The notes under the pieces are model-generated. The model was given only the letters and a program-made list of their open reading frames with translations. It had not been told where the DNA came from and did not search any database. A stretch of DNA of 63,999 nt, counting the filler, from Folioceros fuciformis (taxonomy: Eukaryota), in the NCBI GenBank assembly GCA_049999805.1. It is 5 parts of 4 records of this genome, joined end to end, with 100 filler letters (N's around TTAATTAATTAA, not from the genome) between each part and the next. Parts side by side here need not be neighbours in the genome. Positions count along the whole stretch, not along the records: positions 1 to 7,864 come from JBNGIO010006008.1; positions 7,965 to 32,664 come from JBNGIO010006010.1; 3 more parts are not named here. One strand, written 5' to 3'. Below are positions 1-12,200 of the stretch, one piece after another (position 1 is the stretch's first letter; every line of letters begins with the position of its first letter). A program made the position numbers and the translations under genes.

Positions 1-78
1 GGCTCTCGTTTGCACATCGTACATATATCAATGTCCGATAATTGATACACTTCACCTCTTGGCCTTGTCCATAGTGAC

Positions 79-2757
79 TTGTGTGGACCCCTGCCGAAGT
101 CCCTCGGAGGCAAGGAGTATTTCTTGACGTTCATAGATGATTACACACGTTTTTGTGTGGTTTATTTCTTACTCCGTAAATCTGCTACTTTCTCCTGTTT
201 CTTGGAGTACATTAACTGGGCTGAGCTGCAAACAGGTCACAAACTGAAGGCCCTCAGGAGCGACAATGGCGGTGAATATATTGCAGGAGATTTCCTCAAC
301 TTCTGCAAGCAGCGAGGCATTGTCAGGCAGTTTACAAATCCGCATACGCCACAGCAGAATGGAGTGGCCGAAAACAAAAACTGGGCTCTGGAAACCATGG
401 CCTCCAGCATGTTACAGTATGCACAGCTGCCCAAATGCTATTGGGCTGAAGCTGTCGCTTATGCAGCCTACATTCAGAACCGAATATCTCACAAATCCGT
501 ACCTGGTGCCACGCCATACGAGCTATGGACGGGAAGCAAGCCTAGTGTATCTCATATGCGTGTCTTCGGTTCCAAGGCGTATGCACAGATTCCTAAAGAC
601 ATCAGACGAAAATTCGAGCCAAAGTCAAGCCCCTTCATATTCGTTGGTTTTACAGAAGGCGTAAAGGGGTTTAAGCTGCTCAACAGGCAAACTAGACAAA
701 CCGTCCACTCCCGTGATGTAGTATTTGTCGAAGGTGTAGAATCTTTGCATACAGTGGGAGCAGATGTCGGTGACTGGCAGCTCTCAGATGAAGACTCACA
801 GGATGAGGACCAGGAGATCCTTCTTGGCGATGTCCTTATGCCATTGCCAGCACCACAGACTGCAGCTCCACAAATACCTGCAGCACCGCAGTCTGTACGC
901 CCACAAACACGCACCAGATTCCAAGCACCTCCGCAGTCACAACTATCTGTACAGCAAAGACGGAGATTAAAGCATGCACATCTGGAGCCTAGGACATCTA
1001 GCAGAACACGAAGGCAGCCTGAATTCTACGAATCTGAAGATTTCAGGCACCCCAAGTCGCATTTAACATATTGCTTGGCCTCCTATTCTGCTTGGTATGA
1101 ACCTCCAACATATAAGGATGCATTGTCGTGCCCAGATGCACAGTTGTGGCAGAAGGCCATAGACTCGGAGCTGAGCTCCCTATATGAGAACAAGACTTGG
1201 GTCTTGACCAGTCTCCCACCAAATAGAAAGGCAGTAGGGAGCAGATGGGTGTTTAAAGTTAAGCTCCGGGCAGATGGCACCGTTGAGAGATACAAGGCAA
1301 GAGTTGTTGCAAAAGGCTACTCCCAAATTCCAGGAATAGATTACGATGATACCTTTAGCCCAGTGGTAAAGCTGACCACACTCAGGTTGTTCATTGTCCT
1401 GGCCGCGGTCAATGATTATGAATTGGAGCAACTTGATGTCACAACAGCTTTTCTGTATGGAAACCTGCAAGAAGACATTTTTATGCAAGTACCGGATGGC
1501 GTCAGCATCCCCCCTGACCTGCAAAACCCAGTCTGTAAGTTGCTCAAATCGCTGTATGGTCTAAAACAGAGTGCAAAGGCATGGTTTGGGAAGATAGATA
1601 CCTTCCTGCAGGAGTTGGGGTACGCAAGCTTGAATGCTGACACCAATGTATACATGAGACGTGAAGCAGGTTCCTTCATAGCTTTGGCCATATATGTAGA
1701 CGATATCATAGTCCTTAGTAATTCGCCTCGGCTGATCTTCATTCTCAAGCGTCAGCTGAGCAGCGAGTTCAAGATCAAGGAAGCGGGGGCACTTACTTTC
1801 TGTCTAGGCATGCAGTTGCAGCGAAATCGAAAAGAGGGCACGATTTTCCTGCATCAAACAAAATATGCCATGCAAATCTTAGAACGATATGGAATGACTA
1901 AATACAAGCCTATCTCTACACCTGTAGAACAAAACACAAAGTACGAAGCTCAGGTTGGAAGCATACCTGAGGATGAAGCAGCCATCGTGGATCAGTATGC
2001 CTCCAAGAACGGGTCAGTCATGCATCTTATAATAGGCATAAGGCCTGATTTAGCTTTTAGTAGCGGGCTGACCTCAAGATTCGTCTCCAACCCAAATTCG
2101 AAGCATAATGATCTGATGACGAGGCTGTATAGATACATTGCAGCCACCGTGGACTGGGGCATCCTGTATAGCTCAAAGGCACACAAAGCATTGCAAATGG
2201 TCGCCTACAGCGATGCGGACTGGGCCGGAGACTCTGACAACAGGAAGAGTATCTCCAGCTACGTTACCTTGCTAGTTGGAGGCGCCATTGGCTGGAGTAG
2301 CAGGAGGCAGCCGACTATTGCGCTCTCTTCGACCGAAGCTGAGTACAAGAGCCTCACTGAGGCATGTAAGGAGGTCACCTGGATAGTGGGAGCGCTCACC
2401 GAGCTTGGTGTACCACAGACCCTACCGGTGACTCTATTCTGTGACAATCAAAGTGCTATAGCCTTGACTATGAACCCCAGGTTCCACGCGCGCACCAAAC
2501 ATATAGAAATTCAGCACCATTACATAAGGGAAGTTGTAAATGCTGGAACAGTCAGAGTTGAGTATTGCCCGACGGAGCTGATGACAGCAGACATCTTGAC
2601 GAAGGGGCTCGGACGCATGAAGCACTATCAACACGCAACTGGGCTCGGACTCCGCGCATCAGACAAGGACTTGAGGTGGAGTTCGGCTCCAGATCCAGTA
2701 ATCAGGAAGGGCAAGGCGATGGCGGCGCGCGAAGACAAAGACGAAGATGAAGACTGA
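79..2757 (+). CDS. Copia Pol (integrase, reverse transcriptase, RNase H), partial
   Basis: Uninterrupted 892-aa ORF with IN-RT-RH order diagnostic of Ty1/Copia; an in-frame TGA at 43-45 lies upstream. Confidence 0.92.
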   Translation: MCGPLPKSLGGKEYFLTFIDDYTRFCVVYFLLRKSATFSCFLEYINWAELQTGHKLKALRSDNGGEYIAGDFLNFCKQRGIVRQFTNPHTPQQNGVAENKNWALETMASSMLQYAQLPKCYWAEAVAYAAYIQNRISHKSVPGATPYELWTGSKPSVSHMRVFGSKAYAQIPKDIRRKFEPKSSPFIFVGFTEGVKGFKLLNRQTRQTVHSRDVVFVEGVESLHTVGADVGDWQLSDEDSQDEDQEILLGDVLMPLPAPQTAAPQIPAAPQSVRPQTRTRFQAPPQSQLSVQQRRRLKHAHLEPRTSSRTRRQPEFYESEDFRHPKSHLTYCLASYSAWYEPPTYKDALSCPDAQLWQKAIDSELSSLYENKTWVLTSLPPNRKAVGSRWVFKVKLRADGTVERYKARVVAKGYSQIPGIDYDDTFSPVVKLTTLRLFIVLAAVNDYELEQLDVTTAFLYGNLQEDIFMQVPDGVSIPPDLQNPVCKLLKSLYGLKQSAKAWFGKIDTFLQELGYASLNADTNVYMRREAGSFIALAIYVDDIIVLSNSPRLIFILKRQLSSEFKIKEAGALTFCLGMQLQRNRKEGTIFLHQTKYAMQILERYGMTKYKPISTPVEQNTKYEAQVGSIPEDEAAIVDQYASKNGSVMHLIIGIRPDLAFSSGLTSRFVSNPNSKHNDLMTRLYRYIAATVDWGILYSSKAHKALQMVAYSDADWAGDSDNRKSISSYVTLLVGGAIGWSSRRQPTIALSSTEAEYKSLTEACKEVTWIVGALTELGVPQTLPVTLFCDNQSAIALTMNPRFHARTKHIEIQHHYIREVVNAGTVRVEYCPTELMTADILTKGLGRMKHYQHATGLGLRASDKDLRWSSAPDPVIRKGKAMAAREDKDEDED

Positions 2758-2836
2758 ACCCTAATTCAAGTTTCTTATAAGTTAGAGTACTTTATGTAAA
2801 TAACTTGACTATACTAACCCTGCACCTGAGTGGGAG

Positions 2837-2991
2837 TGACAGGTTATATTTAATTTTCTTTTTATTAGTTCAGGTTAGGGTTAGGGGTTAGGTGATGGTT
2901 ACAATCAATAACCGTCACCTGGTCAAGTTCATATGACATGTATCGTGACATTCTATTCAATTCCCTTCTTTATCTACACGCGAACATGTCA
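2837..2991 (+). repeat. Short (155 bp) 3' LTR of the Copia element
   Basis: Starts TGACA right after the PPT and ends TGTCA (5-bp terminal inverted repeat). The flanking Gypsy gag frame is broken at this point. Confidence 0.75.
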
Positions 2992-4042
2992 CCTCTTGCT
3001 TGGCCTTGGCTAGATCCTTTGCCTTCCTTGCTTCCTTCTTCCGCCTAGCCAGCTCTTGCTCCTTCTTCTTCAATCTTTTCTTGACAGCCTCGTCCTCCGA
3101 GGACTCCTCCTCTAGGCTGTCCCCTGCTGAAGATGAAGAGGTCTCTGCTGCTGATTCTTCTAAAGAATCGCTCTGCTCGGAGGAATCTTCATCCGAGGAA
3201 GATGTCTCCCTCTTCTTGTTCCCCTTCCTAGGCCTGTTCTTCTTCTTGTCCTTCTCCCTCACTCTCTCCTTCTCCTTCTTGGATCTCCCTTTGCCCCACG
3301 GATGAGACTCCACATAATTGAGGGCTGCCCTTATAGCCCTGTCCACATCTTTTTCTGCGAACAATTTCACATGGCCCCCCATCCTTGATCCTAAGCCTCC
3401 AGCGAACCACCTAATGGCTTGTAAGTCTGAATGAGGTCCACAACGATCCCACAGGCTGTGGAACCTCTCCACATAGCCCTGCAAGGTCTCCTTCCTCCTC
3501 CTCCTCCTCCTCAAGGCCTCCAGCTTGGACAGCACATAGCCCTCTACGTCTATCCCCCTGAACCGCTCACAAAAGGCCCTCTTCAACACATCAAAAGTTG
3601 CTGGAAATGTGCGAACCTTGAGGTACTCTCTCCTGTTCCACTTGGCAGGCCCTCCACGCAGTACACCATAGAACAATTGGATGCGCTGTGCATCCGCTGA
3701 TTCTTGGTTAGCAAGGGTCAGCTGCTCAAACCTCTCCACAAATTCATCCGGGTCCTCATACCCCTTCTTCTTCCCATACAAGGGGTTCACTTGCTTGTTG
3801 GCCATTGCAATAGCTGGGGCCGCCATGGTGCCTGCACTCACCACTGCAGTTGCGGATCCAGCAGCTCCAGCAACTGGAGTTGGGCTGATGTTGCTGAATC
3901 CTTCAGCCCTTGCACTCCTAATCACTTGCACCAGTCTAGGATGAAGACCAAGGAGTAGACTTGGATTAGGTTGCCCTGGATTAGGCCTCCTCCCAATAGC
4001 TGAAAGTTGAGGGTCTTGTTCCAACGTGATTGATTCCCCCAA
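2992..4042 (-). pseudogene. Retrotransposon Gag, truncated by nested insertion
   Basis: ORF 2957-4042 with retrotransposon gag-like motifs and a charged low-complexity tail; the last ~11 codons come from the inserted LTR. Confidence 0.75.
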
Positions 4043-4298
4043 GATCTGCTGGTTGCTTGCCCCTCTCCTCCTCCTCTCTAGTGTATGCCCTGGCTATGCC
4101 CTCCTTAGCTCCCTCTCCACTGCTCTTTGCTCACGCTCCAATACTTGCTGCTGCCTCCTTACTTGAGCTTGAGCTCCCCCTTCAAAGCTAGAGTTGAAAT
4201 CTTCAGCTCCTATGCGGGGCATCCATCAACCCTGCCACATTCCCTTGTACAGTCCCCTATCTAGGTCAGTCCTCTCCAAACCTTGACAGCAATGTCAC

Positions 4299-4316
4299 TC
4301 CCCAGCAACGGCGCCA
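4299..4316 (-). promoter_or_regulatory. Primer binding site (Athila-type, TGGCGCCGTTG...)
   Basis: TGGCGCCGTTGCTGGGGA, 3 nt downstream of the LTR terminal CA. Confidence 0.8.
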
Positions 4317-5299
4317 AAATGTGGACTGATTTCTTGCACACCCAAGAACCACCAAGGGGCCACACTTCCCCTTATTATCGTTGCAGTCTTATGATTCGCT
4401 CCCAAGGGAGTGAACTAATGTCAAGGTTACCTACATCCCCCTAATCTCACCTTATCTATCAGCATATACCAAGTGCTACAGCAATAGATCAGAATTCTCG
4501 GTCCTGTCTTCGGCTCTTACCACAAAACCAACCCCAGCCTCAACAAAATGAGAACTCCAGCATTGTCTTCAACCCTCGTTTCCATCTCCAAGTATCAATC
4601 ACTTCAGTGCTGAGAGGAGTCTCCAGCCCCAAGTCTGGCCTCCAACTCTTAGCACCTAGTGCGAGCTACCTCCGCAGTTGAACGAGAACCTCAACTTCAG
4701 CTAGCTCCTCATTCCAGCTTCAACACTTCATTCCACCACTTCAGCACTTCACCCCAGCATTTCAGTCCTTCACTTCAGCACTTCACTTCACCCTCTAGCC
4801 CCTCACGTCAGCTCAACTCCTCACTTCAATACTTCCACTTCCAAAATTTGCAACTCAACCCTTCTCTCCTGCAATTTGGAACACAACAGCCTTCCCTCTT
4901 GCAGCCTTCAAGGTAGAGGCGAGGCCTAGGGCTGGGTAACCTCCTTGGCTCACGGCACTACAACCTCACGTCGGCCAGCATGCAAGGTGGTCAGCCATTG
5001 CGGATCCGGCCACACGAATCTTGGCAGTCTTGGGATCTTCCACGTTCCCCAAGTGGCAAGGGAAATCAGGACCTTGGTTTAGTCTCAACCAGCTCAGCGC
5101 CCTAAGCCAGGAGTTCTGCACCCAAGGTCCAGGGAAATCGCACCGTAGACAGCCCCCTCCTCAATGGCAGGTCTAGCCTCTTATACTACCTTGGCCCAAA
5201 CCTCCATCTCTATGTAATAGGGTTAGCCTCAGTCAACCACCCAGCAATCTCTCTCTGACCTAAGCCGCCCCTAATTCTGACCTAACCCTAACTTTGACA

Positions 5300-6979
5300 T
5301 ACTCATGAGGAACTATGGAAATGTCACACATGCTAGGAAAATCTAGTTGAAGCAACAGTTCAACAACTTGTCACGAGGTAGCAGATCCATACTCGTGTAT
5401 ACAACAGAGGTGAAGACCATAGCTGATCAGCTTGCTATAATCGGTGCAATTGTGACGGAAGATGACATGGTTGCAGTTACTCTGAACGGACTTGGCAAGG
5501 AGTATAAGTCCTTTGACACATTAATCTCTCTGAGAGTTGAGTTCCCAAGTTGGGATGAATTGGTTGATTTGTTGCTACCTGAGGAAGTTAAGCTTGGTCT
5601 GAACACAGGTTCAGGTATATCTCGAGGGAGGGACACTGTTTTGTTTTCTAACCAGCGTGGGAGAGGCCACAGAGGTCGTGGTTCATTCTGAGGACGGGGT
5701 GATGCTCGGAACACGCAGAATCAGCAAGACAATTGGCGTGGAGGAAATGCGCAAGGCCAGAGAGAATCTAGAAGTTTTAGAGGCGTAGGTAGAACCACAA
5801 GAGGAAGAGATGGTTCTTTTCAATCTCATGACCATTCCAATAGAGACAAGGAGTGTTACTACTGTGGTAAGGTTGGTCATATTGCTAAGGACTACTATAA
5901 GCAGCAAGCAGACATGAGAGGAAAAGGAAGGCAGCATGGGACCTATGCCTCCTCTAGTAATGCTGGAAATGACCAGGATAGGTTGTTTGCCATGCAACAT
6001 CTCTCTGAACAAGATGGGCAAAATGATGAGAGATGGTACATTGATTCAGGAGCATCAAACCACATGACTCCGCATGGCGAGTGGTTTAACAAGATGGATG
6101 CAGGTCCCCATGGCCATGTTTGTACAGGAGATGACACACAACATGACATAAAGCATAGAGGAATTGTTCCTCTTAGGATGCCGAATGGTCAGCAGAAGAG
6201 TCTGCAAGATGTGTTGCATGTTCCAACCATTACGAAGAACCTATTGTCTGTTGGGCAAATGGCTGAACAAAATCTGCAGGTTCGATTCAATAAAGATGGA
6301 TGCTTTATTGAAGAAAAAGACAGAGGGCGCAATCTGATTGCTAAAGGTAGTAGGAATGGACGGATGTTCACTCTGGATGCATCCATTCCAGAGCTAAATG
6401 CAGCAATGTTTGCAAATGATGCAGGTGCCATACGTGATGTTGAAATATGGCATAAGAGGATTGGGCATGTGAACATAGAGAAGCTGAAATCTATGCAATA
6501 GAAAAGCGTGGTGGAAGGATTGCCCAAGTTCAAGTATGCTGATCTTGGTCATGTGTGTTTTGCATGTCAATTTGGAAAACAGTCAAGGTTTCCATTTGTG
6601 CGACACGTGCAGAACAGCTCGAGACCTTTGCAATTGATACACTCTGATGTATGGGGTCCTTCACAGAATGCATCGTTTGGAGAAGCCCACTACTATGTCT
6701 CCTTCATTGATGATTTCAGCAAGTACACGTGGCTGTACATACTGAAGCATAAGGATGAAGTGTTCGAGTCTTTCAAGGACTTCAAAAAGCATGCTGAAAA
6801 TGAATTCAGCTGCTCCATCTCTTGTCTAAGATCAGATGGAGGGGGAGAATATGTCTCAAATGAGTTTGACAGGTATGTTGCAGATCACGGTATACGAAGA
6901 CAACTGACTTGCAGATACACACCACAGCAGAATGGTGTTGCAGAGAGGAAGAATAGGGTAGTCATGGAAACAGCAAGGG
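5300..6979 (+). mobile_element. Degenerate Ty1/Copia element (gag, Zn knuckle, protease, GAG-pre-integrase, integrase N-half)
   Basis: Fragments ARKI*LKQQFNN, CYYCGKVGHIAKD, WYIDSGASNHM, WHKRIGH, CFACQFGKQ, HSDVWG, RSDGGGEY, QQNGVAERKNR with several in-frame stops; cut at both ends by other LTRs. Confidence 0.9.
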
Positions 6980-7864
6980 TATTAGAATAAAATACCATTT
7001 AGGCATAAATATATTATAGTAATTAAACCACCCGAAACGATATGGCTGGTGGAACCGCTTGGCTTGGCTTGTTTCTGGCTAGCCACTATTGGTATTGGTA
7101 TAGGCATTATTACAATCTTTAGTACTCTTTTTTTTTCTTGTTTTTTTTTGGAGCAAATAATAATATAATCTCAAGAGAAGACAACATATTTGTAATCTTT
7201 CTTTGGAGTAGAGAATTTCATAATAAGATATAATATTAGTTAATATTAATAAATATCTCTAGATATTTTATCTACATATATGTAGGAAAAAAAAACTCTT
7301 ACTGCATTCTTGGAAAGAGTGACGTGTTAATAATGGAGGGACGTAGGGTTTAGGGTGGCTCCATGATTAACACTACGTAGGTAGATGGGTAGACTCAACT
7401 ACAATACCTAGACCGTAGGTATCTTGCAAATGTGTGGTAGAGGGTGGTTTGGACCCATGGTTGTCTTGGTTGCAAAAACACTCATGGATACGTCACTTTC
7501 TTTGCTACCTCCAACCTGGTTGGTTTGCACAGGTGACCCGACTCCGAGTCCGACTCATGAAGACCAAGCAAGAAGCCAGGAAGCAAGAGGAATTTGACTT
7601 ACTTTCTTGTTGTTTTTGTTATTCGTAACGTAACTCCTTTTCATGATACATATTAAGCTTGCCTAGTTTTTAGGGTGTGTGTGCATATTATTATTGTTAT
7701 TGTAAGACACTTCCATATGAACAAAGCATTTTACTTTGCACGCTACTCTTAGTTTACATCTCTGACATGGTATCAGAGCCATGCAGATACGCCTAGAGGA
7801 ATTCTGGAATCATGCCGAGACGCAGTGCATCTTCTAGGGGCAGACACGGATGCAAATCTTTCAG
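6980..7864 (+). mobile_element. 5' LTR (~6980-7767) and tRNA-iMet PBS of a further LTR element, cut by contig end
   Basis: TATTAG...CTGACA ends (decayed TGTTAG/CTAACA), followed immediately by TGGTATCAGAGCC at 7768-7780; interrupts the Copia integrase frame. Confidence 0.7.
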
Positions 7865-7964
7865 NNNNNNNNNNNNNNNNNNNNNNNNNNNNNNNNNNNN
7901 NNNNNNNNTTAATTAATTAANNNNNNNNNNNNNNNNNNNNNNNNNNNNNNNNNNNNNNNNNNNN
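7865..7964. other. Artificial contig linker (N44-TTAATTAATTAA-N44)
   Basis: Identical stop-codon spacer recurs at 32665-32764, 49038-49137 and 61884-61983. Confidence 0.97.
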
Positions 7965-8237
7965 AAACGCCACTAGGTTGCAAGTTGCAAGAATGAATGG
8001 CTAGAAGACAGTTACAAGCAAGCGGGATACTAAACGGGAGAAGCTGCTGAGCTAGAGATGCTTACGATCTCCAAGGCGGGTTAGGGATCACGAAGCAAAA
8101 TGAAGACCACTGAAGTGCTTCTTCCTCAGTCACTATCCGTGTTCGGAAATTCAAAGAAACGCCACTAGGTTGCAAGTTGCAAGAATGAACGGCTGGACGA
8201 CAGTTACAAGCAAGGAGGATACTGAACGGGGGAGGTC
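7965..8237. repeat. ~80 bp imperfect direct repeat (7965-8043 and 8157-8237) in the ndhM intron
   Basis: AAACGCCACTAGGTTGCAAGTTGCAAGAATGAA... occurs twice. Confidence 0.85.
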
Positions 8238-8336
8238 AGGTGAGACACGATCACTGTTGACAGCACACGAGCATGTTGACATGTAGTTTAGGATATGCAA
8301 GCAATGCAACAGGGGTTTTCGGAACAGGTGACTCAC

Positions 8337-8738
8337 GGCGTAGTTGTCCACCAGCTCTGTAAAGTACGCGTACACCTGTTTCTCCTTATCCTCGGGCCAA
8401 ACGAACTCATTGTCGGGATCCAGGATGAGAGACAGCTTGCCGAGCTTCTCATCGGACTGGTCCAGAATTCTGGTCTCGGGATTTAACTCACCGGCGAAGA
8501 GGCGCACATGCCTAGTGGTGCAGCTAAGCCAGCGGCCTCCCTGCTGCTTGGACAGTCCGGATCCCTCCGCTGCGACCTTCAGCGGCTGCCATCTCCGGCT
8601 CTTGCTGCTCCCCTCAGACACACCTATTGCCAAACCCTGGCCGCAAAGTTGCCCGCGCTGGTGAATGCCTGTGGAGGAACACTGAAGGCTCCCGCGCGCA
8701 AGGGCCACGCTCTGCTGAGCGGCTACCACACCTGCCAT
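8337..8738 (-). CDS. ndhM: NAD(P)H dehydrogenase-like complex subunit M, chloroplast precursor (exon 1; rest missing at contig end)
   Basis: Transit-peptide-like N-terminus, then WLSCTTRHVRLFAG...LSLILDPDNEFVWP...YFTELVDNYA; GTGAGT donor at 8336. Confidence 0.85.
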
Positions 8739-9227
8739 CCCCACACTGCCAAAATCCTTCCAATGCAGCTACGCCCGAGCTGCCCCTGCTACGCCAGCCT
8801 GCATTAAGGAGACCTGTTCCACAACGGCCACGACGCAAGATGGAACCGCAGATGGATAATTCGCCGCGACGGGTACGCCGATCCAAGTGCCAGGGTTTCA
8901 AAGCTTCAGCTGACATACACTCTGGAGGTTGGGCTTGACCTTCTAACTGGATAGGCTTTTGTCTGGCCACCATTGCATGGAGCGTCATCCTCCTGAGATC
9001 GCACTCAGTGGTTCATTATTATCATAAGACCATAACACTCTCTTCTGAGTAGAATAAATAATCTAGAATTGCTTTTTAGGCCACACCAATTCAGGGCTAC
9101 CGACGATCAAAATCATCGTTCGGATGCCCTAACTCCAAGGTGTGTAATCAACTGCACTACAGCAGAATTTAAGAAAAAATTAGACGTCAACAAAATCAGA
9201 TACGGTTGAGCCGATAAACAAGTCAGG

Positions 9228-12200
9228 TCATCGCCGCTTCAAATGCTGCAACAAAATGACTGCCGCTGAATCCTTCGCCTTCTTCACACTGGGCATCGGC
9301 TCGCCGACGTACTCTTCAGTCCACCCCTGATCTGTCGTGTGCACACGAACAGAATAGGTGAACCTCTTGGCGTGTGCTGGACCACCTTCAGTCACGCATC
9401 TGCACAGCGCGTTACAGTAACCGGCATTAGGAGATAATGGAGCGTGCGGAGAGCAGTCAGTCGGAGGAGGAAAGCGCTCGGGAGTTGTAATGCTTACTTG
9501 TACTGGGGCATGGGCCACTGCCGTCGAAGGCAGATGTCGTTCAAAGTCTGCCTAGTGAAAACAGGGGTTTTCGTTGTCTTCCCTGATTCGGCGGCAACAG
9601 CCTTTTGCGCTTCCGCTTCGTTCAGTTCCTTTTCCTTCAGTATGGCCAAAGCATTTCTTGCAGCCAACTTTTGAGCCATTTTCTTCTGAGGGTTCTGTGC
9701 AATGCCGATTTGCACGCCATCCACATATACCTCAACTGTGGCCACATTACCTTCACGGGTGGCCTTGTACTCCAGACCCTCGGCTTGCTGCTGGCAACGC
9801 TCCTGCAGCTCCCGGACAGGGTGCATGGGTAGTGTTTCCGGAGTCACCATGGGTTGTAGGAGGGGTTCAAAAACCTATAGGAAAGGCAGTTAGCAAAAGG
9901 GAAAACAGTGCTGAAGGCAGACAACTATGTTAAGTTACATAACAGGTAGGAGGGACACCTTCCACACGCCGTCTGTGTCGAGGCCGTTGTCAAGGAAGAT
10001 TGCTCCGGCCACTGACTCCAGAATATCCCCAAGTACCTTCGGCGCTTTAAAATCACCCAGCCCAAATGAATTAACTCCAGGCTTGTCTAATTCACTTTGG
10101 ATATCCTTAACAAAATCTCGGATCTGAAGCAGAAACAAGAACACAAATGGAAACCATTAGCTCGCAACTTCAGTCCAGGCGGACAAGGATTCAAACATTC
10201 TGTCAGAAAATGCATCAGACAACATAGACAGTGTGAGTTCACCTGAGTCTCCAAAGCACTAGACCCATGCCGTAAATGCACGTGAAGCTTATTCTTCACG
10301 GTGACACGGGCAAAATTTTCGTTGTTGACAGCAGCCGCTCGCAAGTCTGTCAACCGACCTGGAGGAAGGTCTGTATAGCTGAAGAAGAGATGACGAGTGA
10401 TCAGATGGTCTAGTACAGCATCCCCAACAAACTCTAGTCGCTGATAACATGGCACTCCGGAGGATGGCCGAGAGGCATGTGTTATTGCTTCGACGAGGAG
10501 ACTCTTCTCCCTGAATGGGTAACCAATGGCAGCCTGTAGCCCATCAAAGTCTATGCTTCGGGCAACCGTCTCTGGTACAACAGAACCGGCCCTTGCTTTC
10601 TGGCTATCTGTTTCATCGAAATCCACGGGTATCCCAATCCAGTTCATCACATGTGCTGCAGCTTCTTGGCCACCCTCAACATAGTAGATTCCAATGAGCG
10701 CCTCCACAACATCAGCAAGCGTTTTGCTTGAAAGCACCCGATATGAACTAGAATCCCCCTCTATCTCTCCGTCCTCCATAGCTTCTGAATCATCCTCGAT
10801 TTCCTGAATGTCACCATTCTCCGCCCCAACCACCTTGATAGTATCTTTTTGCTGATGATGAACCATTTCACCATCCTCTGTCTCCATCTTGTCAACTTCT
10901 TGCACCTCCTCAGTAACCGGAGGAGATGACCAATCTGCATCTTTAGTGTCCTCATCAAAGACAGGGAGGACCCCAGGTGCAGCCCAACGGGATGGAGCAA
11001 AACGATCAGCCTGTATATAACTTTGCAACCCTTTCTCGAGTGCAAATTGATACAGTACTGAATTACTGACTGTTTGCTGTCGCATACGTGTTAGCTGTCC
11101 CTCATGCTTACTTGGAAACTTCAGAAACAGCCGACGACTGACCACCCACTTCAGGTATGCATCGCCCAACAGCTCAGCACGTTCATAACAGAATGTCTCC
11201 TGGCATGAAGCTGCAGTTAATGCCTCTAACACCTGTCACACTCACACCCCACCTCAGATACTTTAAAGTCCTCAACCTGAGTACACCTTGAGGACAGGAG
11301 AGAATGTGCAAGTAGATAAATGATGACAGAATTGCCCATAATCGTAGTAGACGAATACTTTGAGAAGTCTTACATGCCCATGCAGATCTTGACCTATGCA
11401 AGAAGTCTCACAAGTGGAACGGACTATTACCTTGGCTGCTGGAATAGGGTAGGCAATCTGGTGCTTAAGCTGAATGGCCAGCAACATACTCTCGACCCTT
11501 CTCATTACAGAGGGCAGACGCTGAGCACCTCGTACTAACGGACCTGGCAAAGGGTGTACAAGGCACAACTCTGGGGGCAACATGACGAAGTATGTCTTGT
11601 CCAGCTGCTCATCAGCACTGGTAGCATTACCTGGATTCCAATTTACAACATTATTGTATGGGCATTCCGATAGAGAACAAGTTCTAACAAAGACTAGTGG
11701 CATGGACAACAACACTTCTGCTAGTTTCCTTATGACCATCTCCACGGACCAAAACCTACCATCAGTAGACTCAAATCGAGGGGAAAGCAGGTTCTTGCAA
11801 TGCGAAACCCCTCTGCCCCTAAGGAGAGCTTGAGTTTTATAGCGAAGATCAACACCATACCTGCAATACAGGTGCAAGAAAAGTGAGCAACTAGCTCAGC
11901 ATCAAAAGCCTGGGTAGGAATGCACAACATCAACATCTACAGAGAAGGTTACTTTTGCTTGTAATAATCCCCGTAAGTGCTGTATTCTAGAGGACCCAAA
12001 TATCCTTCTTTCCTTGGGAAGGAACTATTGGCATTCATGTCAACTCTCACAGAGTCAACATAAAACCTCTTTCCAGAATGCACCGCTGTGACAATCCTCC
12101 CAGCTAGGCCATCAATGTCAGCCACACCATCTGCCATCCACAGCTTGCCAGGCTCAGGAATTGAATCCTGTATGATGGACGCAGAGTCTCGACCAGGAAC

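Larger units (their letters stand above)
46..2991 (+). mobile_element. Ty1/Copia LTR retrotransposon, 3' part (integrase-RT-RNase H, PPT, 3' LTR)
   Basis: ORF 79-2757 has integrase (VHSDLCG, RSDNGGEY, QQNGVAE), Copia RT (KARVVAKG, QLDVTTAFL, LYGLKQ, YVDD) and RNase H (YSDADWAG, DNQSAI, TKHI). PPT GAGTGGGAG at 2828-2836 is followed by an LTR with TGACA...TGTCA ends. Confidence 0.93.
2992..5299 (-). mobile_element. Athila/Tat-like Ty3/Gypsy element: 5' LTR, PBS and truncated gag
   Basis: On the minus strand, a ~980 bp LTR (5299->4320, TG...CA) is followed by TTT and PBS TGGCGCCGTTGCTGGGGA (4316-4299), the Athila-type PBS. The gag ORF (EDPDEFVERFE...ETLQGYVERF...RWFAGGL) is cut at 2992 by the Copia LTR. 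Confidence 0.8.

Noticed and set aside
2873-2893. Telomere
   Set aside because: Only ~3 imperfect TTAGGG-like units, located inside an LTR.
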